This document shows positions 1 to 7,295 of a DNA stretch of 64,000 bases, one piece after another. The notes under the pieces were generated by a model. That model was given only the letters and a program-made list of their open reading frames with translations, searched no databases and was not told where the DNA came from. This DNA comes from Candidatus Helarchaeota archaeon (lineage in GTDB: Archaea; Asgardarchaeota; Lokiarchaeia; Helarchaeales; RDOG01), in NCBI GenBank assembly GCA_019058315.1, contig JAHPZH010000005.1, positions 96,001 to 160,000 on the forward strand. Reading direction: 5' to 3'. Each line of letters starts with the position of its first letter. Position 1 is the stretch's first letter. The position numbers and the translations under genes are program-made.

Positions 1-2934
1 AAGAGATGTTTCTGGGAAATTGAATCGAACACTGACCATAGATATTGGGTTTACTGAATCAGTTAAAATTAAACCTAATTTTGCACCCGGCGTACTAGAA
101 CCCCCAAAGCATCTATGAACAACACTTGGACCGCTTGATTTGCCAGCGACTGAATAAAAACCATAACCTGAACCTGAACTTGTGGTAATACCAATTGTTC
201 GTTTATAATCCTTAGTGAAAGATCCTCCCCTTAACATCAGCGCTTCTTCTCCAATATAATATTCACGTGAATAATGTTCGACATCGGTCATAATTGACAT
301 ATATTTTGGATACCCTACTATAGTGGGAAGCACAGAACGAGGACCATCTTCTCCTGCAAAACCCGCATAACTAAAATTCGATCCTAATTCCAAACAGATG
401 GGGTTTCCTTTTGGATCTTTGTATACTTTCGGTTTTACCTTTTTGAGAGATTTGAATTTTATATCAATTTTTTGAATAAATTTTTGTATTTGCCTTTTAG
501 AATCACTCTTTATCAACATTTCATTAAGAACTGCTTTTATTTCGTTTGTAAGGGGAGAATCTTTTGTACAAATTGTATTAAAAATCCTTTCGCTAATATT
601 AATTAAACATTCATCTTCTTGTTCCTTTGTAATATGACCCTCTTTTGATAACTGATGAATATCTGTAACTATTTCTTGATACAAATCAATATTATTATCA
701 TCGATTTGGCTTATCTCATCTTCTGCAGCTATCATTAAGATGTTATTATCATTTACTAGAATCAAACTTTCAGAAATAATTTTTAAAATATTATAAATGA
801 GAGTTTTACTGTTTTTTTCTTTATTTTTTTCTGCAATTTCTTGAATAAGTTCAATTATTTTCCTCTTTACAAGCCTATGATTAACATCTTGTATCATCCC
901 AGCTTTCTTTGTAATTCTTAGAAATTCAAGCCCTGTACCAACTAACTTAGGATTGAGATAAATATAGTGAATTAGTGCATCTAATAGTGCATTAAAATAT
1001 GGTCCATATTCTTTTGTATCCCAACTCAATATTTCTGAATTATTTTTCTTGATAAATTCCTTTTTAAAAAATATTTCTAATGGAGTTTCAATTTTTCGTC
1101 CTAATTGGAGAACAGATGCATCAACTAACATAGCACCTAAGCAGCATGCTATAGCTTTATCATCTTGTAATATTTTAACTTGAAAATTAGCCTTATTACC
1201 GGGTTGATAAGTGCTTTTATCACTTTCAATATCAATTTTTAGCTCTTTTCTCTCAGGATTTACGTAAATCTTTCTTTCATTTTTTTCTAGGATACCATTT
1301 GATCTAAAAGCATATGTTATAACTTTTAAATTACCCCACATCTTTCTAGTGATTGGAATTTTAAAATCCGCCGTTCCCTCAGTTGCAAGCTTCACTGTTC
1401 TATAAATTATATTCTCCTTCTCGATATCGACATAGATAGGAATATTCTCCCTATCAACAACTGCATTTAAATGTAAAAAATCGTTAATATTTAAGCTAGG
1501 GGATTCTATGTTTGTATTAAGCCATATTTTTGGGTTTTCTTTTTCTCCTTCTTTCTGCTCTTTTTCTTCTTTTATTACTGCTTTTTCAACAGTCAGTCCT
1601 TTGCGGACTGTTTTGGATTCATCTAATAATTCCGATTCAATCATGATATTAATATCAAAATTCTTCTTTTTCTCTGTAGGATAATCAATTTCAAAAGTTA
1701 AGGGACATCTTCCTTCATTATCTGTTTTTGCTACTTTGAATTTTGCATGGTGTTTCAGCTCAGTATCATTTATCGAAGCTAAAACAAAACACTCGTTTAA
1801 TGGGACTTTTTTATTTTCTAGGGTTGGAACTTCTGTTTTAATTATTACTTCTGCTTGTTGACCTGGTTCAATACTTCTCGCCATATCTGTTGTTACGATC
1901 AAAGCTTGCTTTACTGTGCTAATTTTTATTTCCTTATTAGCTTTGCGTTTTAAACTGTCAGTAAGTTCAAATATAATTTTAGATTCTCCCTCTTTCATTT
2001 CAGGAACTTGGAACCTATAAATATATTCTCCTTTTTCATCTGTTTCCCCATAAGTTTGGAGAATTTGTTTATTTTCTGGTGATATAATTTCAATTTTAGC
2101 ATTGGCTTTTTTCACGGGTGCTCCGTAAAAATATTCGGACTTTAATTCGAGTCTAAATTCGTCCCCTATTTTTAGATATTCTGGTTCACATTTTACTTTC
2201 AATTCTATGTCTGGTGGTTGATAATTCTCGATTTTAATTGATTTTTCAGATTTAAAACCTTTAACCGAAACTTTAACTTTATAAACTCCTTCTATTGCCT
2301 CTTCAGCTATTGGAATTTGAAGTTCTCCTATCCCAAATTTAGAATCACATGAAATTTTTCTAATAAGTATCCTATTATTTTGTGGATCAGTTAATGTTAC
2401 TTTAATAGGCTCTTGACTTGGTTGATAAGTACTTCCTAACAGTTTCCAAAGGATAAAACGAATAAGTATCCTCTGTCCTGGCATGTAATAATCACGATCT
2501 GTAATCATATAGCATATATATTCTTCCTCTTTTCTGGTAAGATCCAACCTCAAAGTTTTTTCTTTTCCATCAATTTTAACCTTAATTTCATAAAATTTAT
2601 ATTCAGCATCAAATTCAAATTCCAATGAACCTAAATTATCTGTTAATCCCTTAAAAACAGTTTTATTGCCGTTGATCAACTTTACTTTACAATTAATGGG
2701 AAAAAAGTTCTGATCCATACAAATAATACGGCCAGAAATTTTCTCACCTTCTTCGAACTCCGAATTCATTTTAACAAAAATAAGTGGGGGTTCCCTTAAA
2801 TTCGAAATTTGACTGATCAGACTTTGAACTTTCTCAACATCTATTGAAGTTATTTGATTAAGAATATCCACATCAAGTTTATCTTTTTCTTTAATATTGA
2901 GGAGCCTTTTTAGTTTTTTACATGTTGTATCCAA
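1..2934 (-). CDS. Alpha-2-macroglobulin-family (MG-domain) protein, 3'-truncated by the window edge, with actin- and GTPase-derived peptides in the bait-region position
   Basis: Hand translation gives 978 stop-free codons from TTG at 2934 (SD-like AGGTGGT at 2947-2941) to base 1. A2M motifs occur in the expected order: MG2 ITDRDYYMPGQRILIR, ENYQPPDIEL, EYFYGAPV, SDKSTYQPG...LVDASVLQL and post-bait VRFNFPETSL. No N-terminal hydrophobic segment. Not in the supplied ORF track. Confidence 0.88.
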   Translation of the reverse strand, partial: MDTTCKKLKRLLNIKEKDKLDVDILNQITSIDVEKVQSLISQISNLREPPLIFVKMNSEFEEGEKISGRIICMDQNFFPINCKVKLINGNKTVFKGLTDNLGSLEFEFDAEYKFYEIKVKIDGKEKTLRLDLTRKEEEYICYMITDRDYYMPGQRILIRFILWKLLGSTYQPSQEPIKVTLTDPQNNRILIRKISCDSKFGIGELQIPIAEEAIEGVYKVKVSVKGFKSEKSIKIENYQPPDIELKVKCEPEYLKIGDEFRLELKSEYFYGAPVKKANAKIEIISPENKQILQTYGETDEKGEYIYRFQVPEMKEGESKIIFELTDSLKRKANKEIKISTVKQALIVTTDMARSIEPGQQAEVIIKTEVPTLENKKVPLNECFVLASINDTELKHHAKFKVAKTDNEGRCPLTFEIDYPTEKKKNFDINIMIESELLDESKTVRKGLTVEKAVIKEEKEQKEGEKENPKIWLNTNIESPSLNINDFLHLNAVVDRENIPIYVDIEKENIIYRTVKLATEGTADFKIPITRKMWGNLKVITYAFRSNGILEKNERKIYVNPERKELKIDIESDKSTYQPGNKANFQVKILQDDKAIACCLGAMLVDASVLQLGRKIETPLEIFFKKEFIKKNNSEILSWDTKEYGPYFNALLDALIHYIYLNPKLVGTGLEFLRITKKAGMIQDVNHRLVKRKIIELIQEIAEKNKEKNSKTLIYNILKIISESLILVNDNNILMIAAEDEISQIDDNNIDLYQEIVTDIHQLSKEGHITKEQEDECLINISERIFNTICTKDSPLTNEIKAVLNEMLIKSDSKRQIQKFIQKIDIKFKSLKKVKPKVYKDPKGNPICLELGSNFSYAGFAGEDGPRSVLPTIVGYPKYMSIMTDVEHYSREYYIGEEALMLRGGSFTKDYKRTIGITTSSGSGYGFYSVAGKSSGPSVVHRCFGGSSTPGAKLGLILTDSVNPISMVSVRFNFPETSL

Positions 2935-3166
2935 AAATAGACCACCTAAAATTATAATTCGATGTCTATAACGTAAAATATATTTTTAATTTTTCTAGCT
3001 AAAGCCCTTCTTTTATAGTTTTATTTGTAAGACCTTTATCATCGACAAAGTTCATAGTGTTGAAAAAAATTCATTCAGTTGATAATTTCCTAATTTGATT
3101 CAAATTAGAAAAAAAGAGCAAAAATATTTCAAATGAAATAAAAAATTAGAATACTAGAAGAAATAT

Positions 3167-4333
3167 TTAGATTACACCATCTTTTTGTAGCTTAGAAATT
3201 TTTTCTGATGTATATCCCAATAATTCCGATAAAACTTCTATGTTATGCTGTCCTAATTCTGGTGCTTTAGTTTTAAAAGACCCAGGACTTTCGGATAATC
3301 TTATAAAAATATTTGGAAACCATGGTTTTTTTTCTGCTTTTGGAAAATCGAATTTATCAACTACCATTTGCCTTGCTATAATCTGAGGGTGTTTGTGTGC
3401 TTCCTCATATGGAACAATTCTTCCCGCCGGAATATGAGCTTTTTCAAGAATTTCCAATAGTTCTTTGACGTTTTTTGATTTAATCCATTCACGAAATATT
3501 GGAAATAATAAATCAGAATTTTCTCTTCGTAGTTTTGTATTTTTGAAGCGTCTATCTTTGAGCAAATCTGGTCTTTCTATTGCTTTACAAAAATTTCTAA
3601 ATTGTCGTTCTGTTGCAACCACAAGAGCAATTGATCCATCTTTTGCCTGATAACAATTATAAGTTGGACGGTCTTTTTCAAGTGTTTCTTTATCAATATA
3701 ACTTAGAATATGTGCCCGAAGATTGTAAGCAAACATCATATCTTGCATTGAAATATCAACGAATTGACCTTTTCCAGTTTTATCTCTAAAGCGTAGTGCC
3801 TCTAAAATCCCTAATGCAACATATGCACCTGCATTTAAATCAGAAAAAGGTATTCTTGGGGGATATGTATAAATTTCATATACATCTAAAATACCGCTTG
3901 TCGCTTGTGCTATTATATCAAATGCTGGTTTTCCCTTGTAAGGACCCGTTTGCCCAAATCCCGTAATTGCTGCATATATTAATTTAGGATTAATTTTTTT
4001 TAATTCTTCATAACCAAGACCTAATCGTGGCATAACATCAGGAGTAAAATTCTCTAATACCACATCAGTTTTTTTTACTAATTCTTTAAAAATTTCACGG
4101 GCTCTAGGTTTTTTAAAATCTAGAGTTATGGATTTTTTATTCCTATTTAAATATGTCAAAAGCGGGTCTATTTCTGGTCGGATCAAACAAGCTAACCTGA
4201 GTGTTTCGCCAAATCCTGGCATTTCAACCTTGATTACCTCCGCTCCCATATCTGCGAGAAGCTGAGATCCCCAAGGACCTGAAAAATATTGAGATAGATC
4301 CAGTACACGAATTCCCTCTAAAGCATCTTTCAT
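3167..4333 (-). CDS. CoA-transferase family III (CaiB/BaiF)
   Basis: LEGIRVLDLS, LADMGAEVIKVE, NRNKKSITLD, ENFTP, GFGQTGPY, APELGQHN motifs. Confidence 0.95.
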   Translation of the reverse strand: MKDALEGIRVLDLSQYFSGPWGSQLLADMGAEVIKVEMPGFGETLRLACLIRPEIDPLLTYLNRNKKSITLDFKKPRAREIFKELVKKTDVVLENFTPDVMPRLGLGYEELKKINPKLIYAAITGFGQTGPYKGKPAFDIIAQATSGILDVYEIYTYPPRIPFSDLNAGAYVALGILEALRFRDKTGKGQFVDISMQDMMFAYNLRAHILSYIDKETLEKDRPTYNCYQAKDGSIALVVATERQFRNFCKAIERPDLLKDRRFKNTKLRRENSDLLFPIFREWIKSKNVKELLEILEKAHIPAGRIVPYEEAHKHPQIIARQMVVDKFDFPKAEKKPWFPNIFIRLSESPGSFKTKAPELGQHNIEVLSELLGYTSEKISKLQKDGVI

Positions 4334-4446
4334 CTAATACCCTCTTTTCTAAAAAATTTATAAAATTTCGGTTGTAATAAAATATGATTTAATTAAAATG
4401 TAAATACTAAATTTAAAAAAATAAAAAAATTTGGGAAAGAAAAAAT

Positions 4447-4551
4447 CTAACGATCAATTTCTGATAAATCAAACCATTTTTCTAATTCTTCGATGTCTTC
4501 TGGGTCTAATTCTCCCCAATCGGGCCATTTTTCTTCTTTTTCTTCTTCCAT
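4447..4551 (-). CDS. 34-aa acidic, Trp-containing small protein (MEEEKEEKWPDWGELDPEDIEELEKWFDLSEIDR)
   Basis: ATG at 4551 preceded by SD-like AAGGTG, 11 nt after the stop of the upstream co-oriented gene; TAG at 4449-4447; below the ORF-track size cutoff. Confidence 0.6.
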   Translation of the reverse strand: MEEEKEEKWPDWGELDPEDIEELEKWFDLSEIDR

Positions 4552-4562
4552 CGGAACACCTT

Positions 4563-4808
4563 TTATAGATTTTTTTCAATCCATTCCTTTAAAGCTTCTT
4601 TTCCGGCTTTTTTTACGTTTTCCGCACTAAAGGAGCCATATTTTTTTACAATTGCTTTTTCTAATTTTGCAAAAGTATCATGTTCCATTACAAAATGCAT
4701 TCTAGGTTTCATTTCATTAAGAAAATATTCAACTATAGTGTCTTGCTCGCGCATATATTCAGAAATATCCTCTTTTTTTATTCCAGGCTTACCTAAAAAT
4801 TCTGCCAT
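4563..4808 (-). CDS. Small hypothetical protein, possible ribbon-helix-helix-like C-terminus
   Basis: ORF with SD-like GTGGTGA; beta-alpha-alpha pattern RMHFVM...EALKEWIEK. Confidence 0.6.
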   Translation of the reverse strand: MAEFLGKPGIKKEDISEYMREQDTIVEYFLNEMKPRMHFVMEHDTFAKLEKAIVKKYGSFSAENVKKAGKEALKEWIEKNL

Positions 4809-4829
4809 AATTAATCACCACTTTTTTGC

Positions 4830-5099
4830 TTATTTTACTCCCTTAGGTACTTTTAAAATCAAAAAATGGCCATCTAAAGGCCAATCGAGAACAACCCTCT
4901 TTCCTTGACTCCATGTACCCTGATAAACACCACCAGTACCGTCTGCCCAATTCGAAATTAGAGCACTGCAAAGTGTTTCAATTTTTAATCCAGCCTTTCT
5001 AGACCATTTTTTTAGTTTTTTCATGGTTTCCTCAGAAATTGAAACTTCTATCTTTTCATTTCTTTCTTCAGTAAAAAATTTTGATGGTTCTTTTGACAT
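4830..5099 (-). CDS. Small protein with CopG/ribbon-helix-helix-like N-terminal half
   Basis: KIEVSISEETMKKLKKWSRKAGLKIETLCSALISNW fits an RHH pattern; SD-like GTGGT upstream. Confidence 0.6.
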   Translation of the reverse strand: MSKEPSKFFTEERNEKIEVSISEETMKKLKKWSRKAGLKIETLCSALISNWADGTGGVYQGTWSQGKRVVLDWPLDGHFLILKVPKGVK

Positions 5100-5158
5100 T
5101 TTTTACCACTTCTTTTTAAAATTAATTTAATTTAAATATTTTACAAATCACCTTAAAC

Positions 5159-6628
5159 TCATTCTTTAAATGCCATTCTTTTATATGTTTTCGCCCAATA
5201 ACCGTCATAAAACAAAGAACTGACTGGAAATCTGGGAGGTGAAGCCATCCTAGGTGTTGCTGGAATTCCTATACTCAATGTTGTAGGAACTATCCAGCTC
5301 CCAGGAATTCCAAGTTTATCCATCCATACTTGTTTACGCCTAGTATCAGCCGCAGTAAGGGCATTAAAACCCATTCCAAGCCCAAGCACCGGACATAAAT
5401 TCCACATATTTTGAATTAACATCGATAAAACCATTGTTGCTGTACTTGTGCCTCCCATTCCACCCCTTGGTTCAAAGTTATATGATGTTTGTATACAAGG
5501 TATTATAGTTGCATAGCTACGTGCTGGATAATACATAAGACTGCCGTCAGCCATATATTCATTAATTTTGGGATATATTGCCTCAGGTAAATACCATAAT
5601 CTATCTGCAACCATCTTCCAAGGAACCATTCCGAAGACAAACTTTGACATTTCCATTCCGCATTTTCCTAGAAATAATTTAGCATCATGATCTCTTGGTT
5701 CCCGTAAGAGAACTAAACGAAAATTTTGCATATTAACCATAGAAGCGGTGTTTCTGGCAGCTTCTAATATTGCTTCAATTTTCCACTCGGGCACCTTACC
5801 GCCTCCATCCTGCTCGTAAACATCATGATTTTCTTTAAATATTCTAATTGATCGTCTTAGATAAATAGAATCAAATACATCCATGTTAAATTCGAAGTCT
5901 TCTGGCATTTGATCCTTTTCATTCACATTTTCTCTAAAAGCAATTCGTCGATAGGGTCTTCCCCAATATCCATCAAATACAAGGCGTTCTAACGGTAATT
6001 TTGGTGCACGTGCAGTTGGATATAGTCGATTACCTTGCTCAGGCATACCAAAACATAGCCCAGCGAAGAGTTCCCAATCATGAGGAACACCCAATTTATC
6101 CTTTATCATCATTGCAGTGCGTTCTGAAGCAAAGGGTGCTGTTACAATAGACATTCCTACATTTTTACCAACTGAAGCGGTCCACATATTTTGAATTCCG
6201 GTTGCACAGACTACTGCACCGAATTCTGGTGGAGCTACCATATAGGGAGTGTCATACCAATTGCCATTTCCTATAGCCAAAACGAAAGTATCACACTTTT
6301 CAATAATATCCCCAGCAGTCTCATTTTTTGTCCATTTTTCGATATATAGGGGGCGGACCTCTGGGGGTATATTTTTTAGTCGTTCATTTAAAAGTGGTGC
6401 AGGAAGCATAGTTTTTCCGTGAATGTGGATTTCTCTACACATTTTAGCAACCCAATTTTTTATATCCTCATCCTTAACAATTATAAACCGTAAATGCTGA
6501 ACATTCTCCGGCGAGGGGGCCCACCGAGCCGCGTCATAAATGCCTTCCATTACTTCAGGTTCTATTTCACGCTCTGGTTTAAAGGTTTTAACCGAGGACC
6601 TTAACATTAATGCATCATAAATATTCAT
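5159..6628 (-). CDS. Tandem two-domain nitroreductase-family flavoprotein
   Basis: Two copies of R(R/S)S(V/I)(K/R)xF ... WAPSPENVQ / NTASMVNMQ ... QNMW, each ending in PxLP/RFP...F(Y)DGYW. Confidence 0.9.
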   Translation of the reverse strand: MNIYDALMLRSSVKTFKPEREIEPEVMEGIYDAARWAPSPENVQHLRFIIVKDEDIKNWVAKMCREIHIHGKTMLPAPLLNERLKNIPPEVRPLYIEKWTKNETAGDIIEKCDTFVLAIGNGNWYDTPYMVAPPEFGAVVCATGIQNMWTASVGKNVGMSIVTAPFASERTAMMIKDKLGVPHDWELFAGLCFGMPEQGNRLYPTARAPKLPLERLVFDGYWGRPYRRIAFRENVNEKDQMPEDFEFNMDVFDSIYLRRSIRIFKENHDVYEQDGGGKVPEWKIEAILEAARNTASMVNMQNFRLVLLREPRDHDAKLFLGKCGMEMSKFVFGMVPWKMVADRLWYLPEAIYPKINEYMADGSLMYYPARSYATIIPCIQTSYNFEPRGGMGGTSTATMVLSMLIQNMWNLCPVLGLGMGFNALTAADTRRKQVWMDKLGIPGSWIVPTTLSIGIPATPRMASPPRFPVSSLFYDGYWAKTYKRMAFKE

Positions 6629-6646
6629 TTTTCACACCCTGCATCA

Positions 6647-7069
6647 TTAGCCTGCCATATCAGCCAATTTTTTTGAAAAATCAGGGTCTCTTGAAATTAT
6701 ACTGGAAGAAAATTGAAGACCTTCATTTAAATTAGCCATTATCCAACCTTTTCCTGCTCTTATTACCTTCATCAACATTCCTGGATTTTTGAATATCTCA
6801 ACACCATCTGCATCATTTATAAAACAAAAAATTACTTCTGGGGAAGGATACTCACCTGAACGAACTTTCATGATCAAGTTTTCATTTTTAAAATAAATTA
6901 TGAGATGAAACCGTTCTTCCCATTTCGAAGATTCTATACTACCATTGATTCTAAAGCCGATGACCTTTCCATCGTATGTAGAAATCCATTTTTTAACTGA
7001 TTCTTTGATTTTGTCAGATTTTGGAGCTTCTTTAGCTATAAATTCGACTAATTCGCGTATTTTTCCCAT
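6647..7069 (-). CDS. Hypothetical protein, SCP2 lipid-binding-like
   Basis: GEYPSPEVIF...MKVIRAGKGWI resembles SCP2-fold archaeal proteins; neighbours are acyl-CoA enzymes. Confidence 0.5.
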   Translation of the reverse strand: MGKIRELVEFIAKEAPKSDKIKESVKKWISTYDGKVIGFRINGSIESSKWEERFHLIIYFKNENLIMKVRSGEYPSPEVIFCFINDADGVEIFKNPGMLMKVIRAGKGWIMANLNEGLQFSSSIISRDPDFSKKLADMAG

Positions 7070-7295
7070 TTTTATCCCTTGTTTAAGTTTTTTTATTCTT
7101 AAAAAATATAAATTTTGTAAACAAAATAAAGTAGTAAGTAAATTTTAAGATATTTGTTTTCGATTTGTTTTGTTAGAGACTATGAATCCCTCCCTTTAGG
7201 AAAGAGTATCACAAACGTCTATTACTAATAAAATTAAAAAATAAAAGATAAAATTATTCAATAATACGTTAATCATTAATTGAGATGTTGATTGC

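Noticed and set aside
136-156. YSVAGKS as a GTPase P-loop decoy in the bait
   Set aside because: Only GKS matches, and the GxxxxGKS spacing is imperfect. Too weak to claim.
100-402. A stand-alone actin gene or actin pseudogene
   Set aside because: The actin-like pieces are in frame inside a continuous 978-codon A2M-like ORF, have no start or stop of their own, and lack about 300 central actin residues.
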